Assembly (NCBI GenBank): GCA_049322215.1
Contig: JBMORU010000001.1
Location: 260,023-324,022 of the forward strand
Source: Patescibacteria group bacterium
Lineage (GTDB): Bacteria > Patescibacteriota > WWE3 > UBA101185 > UBA10185
Direction: 5' to 3'
DNA length: 64,000 nt
Made by a program: the position numbers and the translations under genes. Numbering within the stretch: the first letter of the stretch is position 1; the number at the start of each line of letters is the position of its first letter. Below the pieces are notes generated by a model. It was not told where the DNA came from. It saw nothing but the letters and a program-made list of their open reading frames with translations, and ran no database searches. Shown here piece after piece: positions 8,488 to 18,463 of this stretch.

Positions 8488-9523
8488 CTTCTATGTGTCT
8501 AGCTTTGTCGGCAGTATCTCCTTCTGTTGCTTGATTCAATCCCAGCATGTTTCCAATAGGTGTGTTGATAAGGAACTTTGCTGCCAGCGCGGTTATAAGG
8601 CCACCATTCTCTACCATCCATACTGCTGCTGCTGTTTCCGGTGAAAATCCTGCACCTTTCGCAATTTCTCCGATGGCTTCACCTTTCTCACGCATAGCAT
8701 GTTTAGCAGGCGTTCCAGTGTCTTTGTCGTCTACACGCTGGATGGTAAATATGAAGCTTTTTGGATCAATGCCTGTTTCCGTAATGACCTTTCTATTTAA
8801 ACCATATCGGAATGGTGACTGTGCCTTCTTACGAAGTTGTTGTTCTCCGGTTTCAAGGCTTTCCTCACCAAGTACTATGGCAATAAAGTCATCGATAAAG
8901 GGTCCTATGAAGGAAATAAACCCTTTGTCATTGCCAATTTGCTCATATTTATCCTTATCGTCTGGATTTGTGCTTAGGGTCCAACCAATACGCCAAGTCA
9001 CCTTGTCGTATTCAACACGGGATTTAGTCTTAGGTTCAACAGTTGTTCCCGAATACGAGCGTATGGCCTCCCGACTGATAAAGAATCCACGCAGAAAATA
9101 ACCGGGTACTAAGCTCAGAAAAACAACAATAACTAGGAACAACCAGGGAAGACCATCAAATATCCCAGGGGAATTTGCGGCTTCTGTTTGTGTTTCTTCT
9201 GCTGTTTCTTGCGCTATGGGTAATGCATCTGTGCGTACGTAGCGTACGGGAGCGTTTCCACTGCCATCATCGCTAGGACGCCCACGAAGCTCAACGCGTT
9301 GTACGCCTTGCACTTCGTTCCATGCATTGTCCGCCCATGGGTTATCGTTTTCTTTCACCACATCCGTTGGTTGGGCCTGGTTAAAGGCACTATTTGGATC
9401 GTGGTACAGATTTGTTCCTGTAGGTATCTCTTGGCCACCACCGCATGCTACAAGCAATGCGATTAGTAAGGCCAAGAGAATACCCTTGAATATTTTGTTT
9501 GCCAAAGGCATTCTCTTGTTCAT
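8435..9523 (-). CDS. Lipoprotein with an internal TM segment; unknown function
   Basis: Signal peptide plus LVACGGG lipobox; 362 aa. Confidence 0.55.
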   Translation of the reverse strand: MNKRMPLANKIFKGILLALLIALLVACGGGQEIPTGTNLYHDPNSAFNQAQPTDVVKENDNPWADNAWNEVQGVQRVELRGRPSDDGSGNAPVRYVRTDALPIAQETAEETQTEAANSPGIFDGLPWLFLVIVVFLSLVPGYFLRGFFISREAIRSYSGTTVEPKTKSRVEYDKVTWRIGWTLSTNPDDKDKYEQIGNDKGFISFIGPFIDDFIAIVLGEESLETGEQQLRKKAQSPFRYGLNRKVITETGIDPKSFIFTIQRVDDKDTGTPAKHAMREKGEAIGEIAKGAGFSPETAAAVWMVENGGLITALAAKFLINTPIGNMLGLNQATEGDTADKARHIEVEEVGAFPDDGGEENDE

Positions 9524-9538
9524 TGTCTTACTCCTTAT

Positions 9539-10330
9539 TTATTCTTCGTCGTTTTCGCGCATGGCATAGGCTACAATTACCGCTACAAACAACACGCCAA
9601 TCCCCAGGATGTAGGTGTTGATCGTAGACAGTGACGTTGCCAAATCAGCCAAAACACGGCCAACAGCTACGCTGTAAACGAATTGTGGTATAGCCATACC
9701 CGCTTTCATCAAAATGGCCATGAGCGGGGCTGCTAGTACCAAAATGCCCAGGGCAAGCAGACTGATGTCTTTTGCCACTTCCAGGGCTGTTCGTACTTTT
9801 TCTTCAATCTTCGGTGAAAGCATTTTTCCAAAAACTACTACGCCTGCAATCACCAGAAGAGGCAGACCTTGCGCAATAAAGTTAGCGGTGCCGATACTAC
9901 GAGCATAAAACACTGACACCACTACCAGTAATCCGGCAAGCCACAACCACAGGTATTTAAACTGAAAAGCATCTCCTGACCGACCCAGCGCAGAACTGAA
10001 AAGACCTGCAATGAAGGCTCGGTTAAAGTATGCAACGATTAGTGCTAACAGCACAAAGAACCACAGTGAAGTGATCCCGTCTGCAGCGCCTGATACCTGG
10101 TTGATGCCGTTGACCGCGTCTGTAGTAAGGTCGCTAAGGCCGTCAATGGTTGTCAGTTTTTGGCCAATTTCGGTCTCGCGAATGGCTGTTCCACCGCGTG
10201 CGATGGTTAAGAGCCATGAGGGTGCTCCCCAACGTTCTAGTGCGGGGGAAGCCACTGACAAAATCACCAGTACAACAAATGCCCCAAACAGTAGTTTGAG
10301 CACAGTCTTGAGTGAAAAAATCTTTGACAT
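9539..10330 (-). CDS. Polytopic membrane protein; unknown function
   Basis: 263-aa ORF with many hydrophobic helices; first gene of the minus-strand island run. Confidence 0.55.
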   Translation of the reverse strand: MSKIFSLKTVLKLLFGAFVVLVILSVASPALERWGAPSWLLTIARGGTAIRETEIGQKLTTIDGLSDLTTDAVNGINQVSGAADGITSLWFFVLLALIVAYFNRAFIAGLFSSALGRSGDAFQFKYLWLWLAGLLVVVSVFYARSIGTANFIAQGLPLLVIAGVVVFGKMLSPKIEEKVRTALEVAKDISLLALGILVLAAPLMAILMKAGMAIPQFVYSVAVGRVLADLATSLSTINTYILGIGVLFVAVIVAYAMRENDEE

Positions 10331-10646
10331 TTACTTACTCCTTATTATTTTGAGTTTTATTTCGTGACTAACAAATTGTCAACTTGCAATAAGTTGCAAA
10401 AAAAGCAACACGTATTCCGTCTTGCTCACACAACTTATTTCAATTATCAGTTTAGAGCCAAACCACAAGGGTTTTTTGTGGATCCAAACTTCTTTTATTA
10501 TACACTATAGGCTACACTTTTGTCCATCCTTATAGTGTTTTTTCATTTTAACACTATTCGTAAGTAAAATGAAATTTAAAAAGTCTCTATATCCTATAAC
10601 AACAGCAATTTATCACTATTGGTTATTTTCCCTTTAAATCTTAGGG

Positions 10647-10683
10647 TAAAAAAAAAGCCCTCAAAGGGCTTTCTCATTTTTTA
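10647..10683 (-). terminator. Rho-independent (bidirectional) terminator downstream of rplY
   Basis: GCCC-TCAAA-GGGC hairpin flanked by an A9 run on one side and a T-run on the other. Confidence 0.7.
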
Positions 10684-10687
10684 AAAG

Positions 10688-11362
10688 TTATGCTTCTTTA
10701 TCTTTGTTTTTATTATCTGCGCCTTCTTCTTCATCCTCTTCTTCTGTTGCTTCTACACTTGCTATTAATTCTTCTTCACTTACTTCATCTCCAGCCTCTT
10801 CTTGCATTTCTGCATAAGCTATTTTTACTACTAAATCATCATCTTCATTATCAACAATTGTTATTTTACTCTTATCGTAATTTAATTCTCCTACGGTAAT
10901 AAATGCATCTACTTCTGTTAAGCCAGATACGTCTACTTCAAAAGCTGAAGGTAAGTCTGCAGGTAAAGCTTCTACTGCAACAGTGTTTAAAAGTGTAAGT
11001 AACATACCCTCACCTGTTTTAATAATTGGCGATTTTTCTTCACCAATTACTTCTACGGGTATATCAGCAGTAATTTTTTCTGTTAAGTCCACTTTATGAA
11101 AATTTACGTGAATTATTTTTCCTGATACAGGATGATATTGAACCTCTGATATTAGTACTTTTTGATTATCGTTTTCCCATTTTAAGTCTATAAGTGAGGT
11201 TTCGCCTGCTTTTTTAAATACTCTTACAAAATCAACGTAATCAATTGATATTGGCATTGAATCCATGCTTTTTCCAAATACCACAGCTGGCACTATTCTT
11301 TCGCGCCTTAGTTGTTTTGTTTTTTTACCTAATTTTTCTCTTTTTTGTACAGCAATTTGCAT
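10688..11362 (-). CDS. rplY: 50S ribosomal protein L25/general stress protein Ctc, with acidic C-terminal tail
   Basis: N-terminus ..KKTKQLRRERIVPAVVFGK.. matches the L25 signature; 224 aa. Confidence 0.85.
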   Translation of the reverse strand: MQIAVQKREKLGKKTKQLRRERIVPAVVFGKSMDSMPISIDYVDFVRVFKKAGETSLIDLKWENDNQKVLISEVQYHPVSGKIIHVNFHKVDLTEKITADIPVEVIGEEKSPIIKTGEGMLLTLLNTVAVEALPADLPSAFEVDVSGLTEVDAFITVGELNYDKSKITIVDNEDDDLVVKIAYAEMQEEAGDEVSEEELIASVEATEEEDEEEGADNKNKDKEA

Positions 11363-11661
11363 ATAGATTTCTTTTTAAGCTTTTGGTGTATATCCAAAAG
11401 TTCGTTATAACTAATACTTTTAATGCCTAAAAACTTTTTTACTTCTTCCCCGGTTAAGTCCGATATTATGGGCATAGCACCGCTTCCCGAAAGGGTTATG
11501 GTTACCATGCTTTCTGCCTGGCATTTTGGGCAAATAACATGTGCTATTAATGCAACATGTACATGACTTATTGGAACAAGTTCTCCACCTTCTAAGCTGT
11601 TCCCACATCTGTAGCAAGTTGTTTTAGCTAACTGTTCATTTATGATTCGTTTTTCTATCAT
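11329..11661 (-). CDS. Small zinc-ribbon-like protein (CxxC...CxxC)
   Basis: 110-aa ORF with CYRCG and CPKC pairs; its 3' end overlaps the rplY start by 34 bp. Confidence 0.4.
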   Translation of the reverse strand: MIEKRIINEQLAKTTCYRCGNSLEGGELVPISHVHVALIAHVICPKCQAESMVTITLSGSGAMPIISDLTGEEVKKFLGIKSISYNELLDIHQKLKKKSICKLLYKKEKN

Positions 11662-11732
11662 AATTTCGCCCAGTGGGACGGTCTAGATTCTACTTTAGAC
11701 CGTAGTTAAAGTCAACTAAGGCAGATAATACA

Positions 11733-14700
11733 TTATTTTAATTTAATTGCAAATTCTTGATCTGTGTTTAGTGTTCCTTTATATTCAACCCTTCCTTCGT
11801 ATGTTTCTGCAGGAGGTTGTGTAAAATCTATATTTAACCCAAAGGGAGAGTTAAATAGTACATTGTAGCTGTAGTCTTGCGTTCCCGGTTGTTTTTGCCA
11901 GTATAGTTTGTAGTCTTTAAACTCTTTTGATAAAGATAAAGATTCTGGCAAATCATATTTAAGAACTAAAGTTACTTTTTCTTGCGGATTTACTGTGAAG
12001 TTGGTTCCAAATGAAGTATATTCACCTGCTTGTTCTATAGTTATTTCCTCAATTAGATCTTTCTCAAAGTTATCGTTTCTTTTTAATTCAGCACCTGTTA
12101 ATTTTGTACCCTTTTGAGTTAATACTCTTACATAATCTGTGTAAGGTCCTCCAGGCCAAGCACTTGAATCTCCAGTGTGTATATAATCAAGATATAATTC
12201 TGCTCTTAATACGCCATCTCGTGTTTCTGACAAAATGTTGTAGTACATTTCATTTTTAACATAATAGTTTGCTTTAGTTCCACCTAAATTGGCGTTTACT
12301 ACATATAAATAGTCGCCTGTAGTTTTTGCTAACTCTCCTGTCCAACCATTTTCCTGTAGTTTTGCGTTAAAAGATGTATTTGGTAAGTACACCATGAAGT
12401 GCTTTTCTTCCATTGCGGTTGTTAATGTTGTAACAAGCTGGGGTAATTTTTCGCTTTCCAGGGCAATCATTTTTTCTAAAAGTTTACTTCCTAATATTGT
12501 TAAAAACGATTTCTTTTGTGTGGATCCCTCCTCATAGTTGAATTCGCTATGATATTGGGTTACTTCATACATATTTTCAGCGTTAACCTCCTGATTGTAT
12601 GCGGTTAAAAATACGGGTCCTGTGACGCTTAATAACTCTTGTGCAAAATATAAATCTATTGCTAATACGCCATCAAATTGGCTTTCATCTACTTTGAAAA
12701 ATAGATCCTCTATAGTTTTTGCAGATTCAGGGAAACTTGGATTCCAGTTAGCATTTCTTATGTGAAGATTTTCCTCTTTTAATAAGTCTACTATTGGTTT
12801 AGGTGCTGGAACTTCTATACTTCTGATGTCTATTTGTCCATCTGGATTATATATGTCGTCTATTGCTAGTTTTGCTATTTTCCCTTTTTCTAGTTCTAAT
12901 ACTGCATAAGACCCTATAAACCCTCCGGTAGGTCTTAGCTCATTACTATTTTGTAATAAAATTAGGTACCTTTTTTTGCTTTCGGCTCCAAGTATTTGGG
13001 GTAAATCTGATGTTAACGTTGCAGCAATGTCTAAACCTTTTTCCATTTTGGCAATAGCCGCATCATAAGATATAACTTCGTCTTTTATGTTTGAGGGTAA
13101 ATTATTAAGATTAGTTTGTTTTAAGTCGCCAATTGCAAACTGCAAACTTTCACGTGCACTTGATAATTGCAATTTGGCTTCAGCTAATTGCTGAGCATCA
13201 AATTCTGTCTCAGTGTTGCTTTCTATTGCGCCCCATACTTTAAAAAATGGGTTTGAAGCTTTAGCTGTACTATGTATAGCTCTTGAAAAATGTTTTCCTG
13301 AATCAATTACTTTTTGAGTTGCTTCGTACTGTTCTCTTTTTCCTACAATAGTGAACACCCAACGTAGTTTAGACAGGGCACCTTGAGTTTTTGATAATTC
13401 CTCATAGGCTATATTAGCTGAATTTACAGCTTCTTCTGAATTTAAATTACTTAAGCTTTTTACATAGTTAACTAGCTCAGTTCTAGCATTTTGTGCATGA
13501 GTATAGGTTTGCACTGAGGGTACTGCAATACTAACAATTAAAAACGCTATAAATATTCCCAAAATCATTAAAAACACGTTTTTATTTAAACTTTTTATAG
13601 AGAGTTTAGATAATTTGGTTGAAACTTTTGTATTGTTTTGCTGTACCTCGGCATTAAAAGGAAGTAGCCCTGGTGTATTTTCAGTTGTTTCCTGTGCTGT
13701 TGGGGGAGGTGCTACGCTAAAAATATCTTGCTCATTCTTTGTGGTTTCTTCTGATAAAGATGATAAAGTTTCAGTTGTTTCGCTTTTTACATCTGCCAAG
13801 CTAAATTGAGTTTCCTGTTCTCTTTTTTTCAACTCTACTTTTGGTGTTTCCGATTGAATTTGAGAACTTTTATCTCTGGAAAACTTTTCTTTTATTTTTG
13901 TGAAGGCACCTTTGTTATCATTTATTGATTTTGTTACGGCGATGTTTTCTTGAGCTATAGAAAGTACTTGCTGTGGTTCGTGCTGCGTATTTTTTCTTTC
14001 TACTATTTTAGATAGTTTAAAACTATTTGTGTTTATTTCATAACCAAACCACTTAAGTGTTTTTATTATTCCTTCTTTATAAGAAATTTTTGGATACCAG
14101 CCCAGGTGTTGCAATCCTTCGCGCTCACTTACATTTGAATCTTTGGGTTTTATAGGATCTTCCTTATCTTCAAAACTAACTTTTAGTTCTCTGTCGGCTA
14201 GTCCTTTTAACAAGTATGCTGTTTCAATAACTGTATGGGGTTCTTTATCTACCAGTGAGTATATTTTTCCTTTTGTATCATCATTAAAAAGTGCTTTAGC
14301 TATACCGGCAACTGCATCAGTTATGTACAAGTAATACTCTCTATCATTGCCTTCTCCATAAACAGTTAGGTCTTGATTTTCTAGCAAAGCTTTCATTAAA
14401 CGACCTAAATCTCCTGTGGAATTTAAATTCATGCGTGGTCCAAACACCTCTGGAAGTCTTACTATGCGTACATCTGTTTGGTACTTTTTGTAATATTCCC
14501 AAACTAAGGCTTCTGCAAATCTTTTAGCTTCGGTTAAAGAGTACTTTTTTTCTTCCTTTGGCGTCTTTCCAAAATAATTGTCTAAATCAATTGATGACAT
14601 TAATCCTTGGTACACATTTGTAGATGATCCAAGCAAAAATTTTGCATCTGAGGTTCTTGCTAGGTCTAACAATGCCTTTGTACCCACAGCATTAGTTAGT

Positions 14701-15044
14701 AAAGATTCTAAATCGGCATTGTCTGTGTTAGATAAATAAGTTTCTATACCTGCCAAGTGAACAATGTAATCTACACTTTGAATTCTTTCAGGCAAACCTT
14801 GATTTATATCTACATCGAAAACAGCAAATTTTGGGTTTTTTAAGAGGGAACTTATATAAACGTCTTTTCCGGTTGTGAAGTTGTCTAAAACAACTACCCG
14901 AGCATCTTTAAGTAGCAAAAATTCTGCTAAATGAGAGCCTAAAAAGCCTGCTCCTCCAGCTATAAGGGCAGTGGGTGCGTTAGGTGTCTTTTTGATCACA
15001 TTTTCTTTAGGCATAGGCAGCTTTTTTGTTGTGCTTGTACGCAC
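11733..15044 (-). CDS. Fusion protein: NAD-dependent epimerase/dehydratase (extended SDR) - TM segment - large extracytoplasmic DUF4012-like domain
   Basis: GGAGFLGSHL Rossmann motif at the N-terminus; central TM (FLMILGIFIAFLIVSIAV); C-terminal region contains KRYLILLQNSNELRPTGGFIGSY, recalled as the DUF4012 signature. Confidence 0.75.
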   Translation of the reverse strand: MRTSTTKKLPMPKENVIKKTPNAPTALIAGGAGFLGSHLAEFLLLKDARVVVLDNFTTGKDVYISSLLKNPKFAVFDVDINQGLPERIQSVDYIVHLAGIETYLSNTDNADLESLLTNAVGTKALLDLARTSDAKFLLGSSTNVYQGLMSSIDLDNYFGKTPKEEKKYSLTEAKRFAEALVWEYYKKYQTDVRIVRLPEVFGPRMNLNSTGDLGRLMKALLENQDLTVYGEGNDREYYLYITDAVAGIAKALFNDDTKGKIYSLVDKEPHTVIETAYLLKGLADRELKVSFEDKEDPIKPKDSNVSEREGLQHLGWYPKISYKEGIIKTLKWFGYEINTNSFKLSKIVERKNTQHEPQQVLSIAQENIAVTKSINDNKGAFTKIKEKFSRDKSSQIQSETPKVELKKREQETQFSLADVKSETTETLSSLSEETTKNEQDIFSVAPPPTAQETTENTPGLLPFNAEVQQNNTKVSTKLSKLSIKSLNKNVFLMILGIFIAFLIVSIAVPSVQTYTHAQNARTELVNYVKSLSNLNSEEAVNSANIAYEELSKTQGALSKLRWVFTIVGKREQYEATQKVIDSGKHFSRAIHSTAKASNPFFKVWGAIESNTETEFDAQQLAEAKLQLSSARESLQFAIGDLKQTNLNNLPSNIKDEVISYDAAIAKMEKGLDIAATLTSDLPQILGAESKKRYLILLQNSNELRPTGGFIGSYAVLELEKGKIAKLAIDDIYNPDGQIDIRSIEVPAPKPIVDLLKEENLHIRNANWNPSFPESAKTIEDLFFKVDESQFDGVLAIDLYFAQELLSVTGPVFLTAYNQEVNAENMYEVTQYHSEFNYEEGSTQKKSFLTILGSKLLEKMIALESEKLPQLVTTLTTAMEEKHFMVYLPNTSFNAKLQENGWTGELAKTTGDYLYVVNANLGGTKANYYVKNEMYYNILSETRDGVLRAELYLDYIHTGDSSAWPGGPYTDYVRVLTQKGTKLTGAELKRNDNFEKDLIEEITIEQAGEYTSFGTNFTVNPQEKVTLVLKYDLPESLSLSKEFKDYKLYWQKQPGTQDYSYNVLFNSPFGLNIDFTQPPAETYEGRVEYKGTLNTDQEFAIKLK

Positions 15045-15139
15045 TTACTCACTATTTAGTATATGGTTTTTATACTTCTATAACAAGGATAAAAAGGAGA
15101 AATTATAATAAATTACAGTTTTTAAGTTATAATCCCGTC

Positions 15140-15748
15140 ATGGAACTAAAAGATATAATCGAACTTTTAAAGAAAAACCGAGAGTTTCTTATTACAGTTT
15201 GCCTTTTTTTTATGTTTGTTGGGGTAGGTCTTTATTTTGCTTTACCAAAACGTTATACGGCTTCAGGGTCTTTTTATATTAAGCGCTTTGTTTATGAGTC
15301 GTCGCCTGAATTTTTTACTTATGAGGGATATTATGGGCAACAAGCTGCGTCATCTTATACAGATACAGTGATTGCACTGTTTGAAAGCGTAGATTTACAA
15401 AAAGCAGTTTTAGAAAAGCTAAATTTACAGACAACTGATGCTGAGTTACGTTCAATCAAAAGACGCATTAGAGTAAAAAAGGCTGGCCCACAACTGATAA
15501 CAGTGACTGTCAAAGGATCTACACAAAGTTTTGCAAACGATGTATGGAACGCCTTAGCTGAAGAAACACTTGCAGTTGTCGAAAACGTTAATGCAGAGGG
15601 AGATACAACCCTTTCAATTGAGAAATTATCAAGTGAGCCTGTTTTGCAACAAACTTACTCAAACGTTTTTATAAATGCCTTTATTGGACTTTCACTAGGG
15701 TTTATTATGTCTGTTGTTTGGTTATCATTTAAGGAATATTTAAATTAG
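15140..15748 (+). CDS. Wzz/polysaccharide co-polymerase-like chain-length determinant (two terminal TMs)
   Basis: TM near the N-terminus and at the C-terminus around a periplasmic domain; start chosen at the in-frame MELKD Met, but the ORF is open from 15026. Confidence 0.5.
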   Translation: MELKDIIELLKKNREFLITVCLFFMFVGVGLYFALPKRYTASGSFYIKRFVYESSPEFFTYEGYYGQQAASSYTDTVIALFESVDLQKAVLEKLNLQTTDAELRSIKRRIRVKKAGPQLITVTVKGSTQSFANDVWNALAEETLAVVENVNAEGDTTLSIEKLSSEPVLQQTYSNVFINAFIGLSLGFIMSVVWLSFKEYLN

Positions 15749-15757
15749 AGGAAGTTT

Positions 15758-16156
15758 ATGGAGTTAATATTGCATACTGATGGCGGTGCTCGAGGAAATC
15801 CAGGTCCTGCAGCTGCAGGAGTAGTTATAAGAAATAACAACAACGAGATTATAAAAGAACTAGGAAAGTTTTTGGGCACTAAAACAAATAATGAGGCTGA
15901 GTATATTGCTTTGTATTTAGGTTTAGCATCGTGTATTGCTTTAGGTGGTGCAAGTATTTCTTGTTTTTTAGATAGTGAGCTTATTGTTAAACAGTTAAAA
16001 GGGGAATACAAAGTTAAAAGCCCCGGTTTGAAGCCTTATTATGAGAAAGTGTTAGATTTAAGTAAAAAGTTTTCTAAAATTTCATATACTCACGTTCCAC
16101 GTGCAAAAAATGCTGAAGCAGATAAACTAGTAAACGAAGTGTTAGACGCTCAGTAA
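15758..16156 (+). CDS. Ribonuclease HI family protein
   Basis: HTDGGARGNPGPAAAG plus NNEAEY and a C-terminal D motif, typical of RNase H type 1. Confidence 0.85.
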   Translation: MELILHTDGGARGNPGPAAAGVVIRNNNNEIIKELGKFLGTKTNNEAEYIALYLGLASCIALGGASISCFLDSELIVKQLKGEYKVKSPGLKPYYEKVLDLSKKFSKISYTHVPRAKNAEADKLVNEVLDAQ

Positions 16157-16159
16157 CAA

Positions 16160-17077
16160 ATGTCTGCAAAAAAATTTAGTAAAAATACAAAAACAAAAAA
16201 GTTTTTTAAATCCAAATCTAGTTCGTACGCAAATTGGGTTAAGGATTCTAGTATAGGTAAAACCTTATCTTACAGATCAATTTTTAAGTATCCTTTAAGT
16301 TTTTACCAGCTTTCAACTACTTTAATATCTTCTGAAAAGGTCACATATAAGAAGCTAAAGAAAGAACTAGATGAAGCGGTTTCTAAAAACAAGGTGCGTT
16401 TTAAAGATGGTCTTTATTATTTACCAAATACCGGTGTGGTTAGTTGGGAAACAAGGGCAAAAAACGCTGAGAAATTACTTAAAAATGTAGAACCCGCTTT
16501 TAAGGCTATTGAGAAAATCCCTTGGATAAAGCTTTTAGCTGTTACTGGCTCTGTTGCGGCTTATAATGCTACCGAGCAAGACGATATAGATGTTTTTATA
16601 GTTACAAAAAAAAATAGATTATGGCTCTCTCGCTTTTTTGTAGTTTTATTGCTTAAGGCTTTTGATATGTATCGAACAGATAAAGCACCTGCAGGAAAAG
16701 TTTGTCCAAATATTTTTATTGACGATTTAAACTTAAAATGGAAGGAAAAGGGCAGAAACCTTTATGTGGCACATGAAATAATTTTAATGCGTCCCATTAT
16801 TGATAGAGATAATACATACTTTAAATTTATGAGGGCAAATTCTTGGGTTATGGAACACTTTGGAAACTTTTCTATAAGTATACCCACAAGGTTTACCAGT
16901 TCCAAAGACACTACCAGTGGAACCTTAAATTTACTCGAAGACTTTTTGCGCAAATTTCAGCTTTGGTATATGAAGTCTTCTCAAACAAATGAAGTAACTA
17001 CAAAACACATGATTCATTTTAATAAAAATGACAATACTGATATGGTTCTTACCACTTACAACAAAATATTAGACTAA
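16160..17077 (+). CDS. Hypothetical protein with nucleotidyltransferase-fold motif
   Basis: GSVAAYNATEQDDIDVFIV (GS...DxD) pattern; begins 4 bp after the RNase H stop. Confidence 0.5.
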   Translation: MSAKKFSKNTKTKKFFKSKSSSYANWVKDSSIGKTLSYRSIFKYPLSFYQLSTTLISSEKVTYKKLKKELDEAVSKNKVRFKDGLYYLPNTGVVSWETRAKNAEKLLKNVEPAFKAIEKIPWIKLLAVTGSVAAYNATEQDDIDVFIVTKKNRLWLSRFFVVLLLKAFDMYRTDKAPAGKVCPNIFIDDLNLKWKEKGRNLYVAHEIILMRPIIDRDNTYFKFMRANSWVMEHFGNFSISIPTRFTSSKDTTSGTLNLLEDFLRKFQLWYMKSSQTNEVTTKHMIHFNKNDNTDMVLTTYNKILD

Positions 17078-17184
17078 CAAGAAATCTCCCGTAAAGGGAG
17101 ATCTCAATAAATCCAAGTAAATGGACAGTTTATATTTTATGAATTAGCTCTGTTCTAACTACTAAACGTTTTTACCTTAACTCA

Positions 17185-17388
17185 TTATCTCATCATAAGA
17201 TCTGAGTCGTCTTCCAACATCATTACGTCTTTTTCAGCCATTGCGGGTACTTTAATAGTAACGTTTTGATTTAAGGAAATACTGTAGGCAGTTAATGCCA
17301 AGTTAGCTATGACTAAAGCCATAGTTGCTAGCGTTAGAATAAACTCTAAGTTCATATCATTTGATGTGTTTGAGTTTTTCTTAGACAT
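17185..17388 (-). CDS. Small membrane protein
   Basis: 67-aa ORF with one TM; in an otherwise gene-free interval. Confidence 0.35.
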   Translation of the reverse strand: MSKKNSNTSNDMNLEFILTLATMALVIANLALTAYSISLNQNVTIKVPAMAEKDVMMLEDDSDLMMR

Positions 17389-17457
17389 TACAAAAAGTAT
17401 GCACTAATTTAATATTTTGTACAAGAGAAATACGTAACTTTTGCTAAAATAGTATGA

Positions 17458-18414
17458 ATGAAACTTTTAGTAACAGGTGGTGCCGGTTTTATAGGCGCTA
17501 ACTTTATTCTTTATTGGTTTGAAAACTACCCTACTGACGAAATTGTTAATTTAGATAAGCTAACTTACGCTGCAAACTTAAATAGCCTTGATTCTATAAA
17601 AGATTTTAAAAATTATAAGTTTGTTCAAGGTGATATTTGTGATGAATCTATTGTTAATGATTTAGTACAAATGGTTGATGTGGTAGTACATTTTGCAGCA
17701 GAGTCTTCGGTAGATAAATCTCTTAGCGAATCTCAGTTATTTTTTAAAACTAATGTAGAAGGAACAGGGTCAATACTTAAAGTAGTTCAAAAATATAACA
17801 AACGCTTTCATCATGTTTCTACAGATGAAGTATTTGGTAGTCTCGAGCTTAAATCTGAAGAGAAATTTAGTGAAAATACTCCTTATCATCCAAATAATCC
17901 TTATAGCGAAAGTAAAGCCGCATCTGACTTGCTTGTTAAAAAATATTTTGATGATTACGGCACAAAAGTAACCCTATCTAACTGTTCTAATAATTATGGG
18001 CCTTACCAAAACACCGAAAAGTTTATCCCTTTATTTATAACTAATTTGCTGCAAAATAAGCCTGTGCCGTTGTATGGTACTGGAAAAAATGTACGCGATT
18101 GGCTTTATGTAAAAGACCACTGTTTTGCCATAGACTTAATTTTGCAAAAAGGAAAACTCGGGGAACAGTACTGTATAGGTGGGGATAGTGAGTTTAGCAA
18201 CTTAGCGGTTGCCACAGAAATATTTAAAATTTTAGACCAAAACGCTGCGTACCTAGATTTTGTAGAAGACCGTATTAATCACGATTTACGCTATGCAATA
18301 GATCACTCAAAAATTACTAACGAATTAGGTTGGCGCCCTACCATTAAATTTAAGCAAGGATTGGCTGAAACTATAGAGTGGTATAAAAATAACGAACCCT
18401 GGTGGAAAAAATAA
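17458..18414 (+). CDS. rfbB: dTDP-glucose 4,6-dehydratase
   Basis: MKLLVTGGAGFIGANF.. with YxxxK SDR motifs and RmlB-like length. Confidence 0.9.
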   Translation: MKLLVTGGAGFIGANFILYWFENYPTDEIVNLDKLTYAANLNSLDSIKDFKNYKFVQGDICDESIVNDLVQMVDVVVHFAAESSVDKSLSESQLFFKTNVEGTGSILKVVQKYNKRFHHVSTDEVFGSLELKSEEKFSENTPYHPNNPYSESKAASDLLVKKYFDDYGTKVTLSNCSNNYGPYQNTEKFIPLFITNLLQNKPVPLYGTGKNVRDWLYVKDHCFAIDLILQKGKLGEQYCIGGDSEFSNLAVATEIFKILDQNAAYLDFVEDRINHDLRYAIDHSKITNELGWRPTIKFKQGLAETIEWYKNNEPWWKK

Positions 18415-18463
18415 CTCTGCTCCAAATTTTAATTTACAAAATTTGAAACAGAGTTAGTGGTTT

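Noticed and set aside
8547-9101. 184-aa plus-strand ORF
   Set aside because: Fully inside the minus-strand lipoprotein gene 8435..9523, which has a clear lipobox; no independent support
10331-10687. Several short palindromes (ATAGTGTT-N11-AACACTAT, CCACAA-GGGTTTT-TTGTGG) in the AT-rich spacer at the island boundary
   Set aside because: Short inverted repeats are expected by chance in AT-rich DNA; without conservation they are not reportable, though they sit in the island's promoter region
10690-10899. Leu/His-rich plus-strand ORF
   Set aside because: Mirror image of the acidic Glu/Asp-rich tail of rplY on the other strand
18415-18463. Long palindrome AACTCTG..CAAATTTTAATTTACAAAATTTG..CAGAGTT between rfbB and the convergent membrane gene
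   Set aside because: Probably a bidirectional terminator hairpin, but it lacks a U-run, so it is not called as a feature
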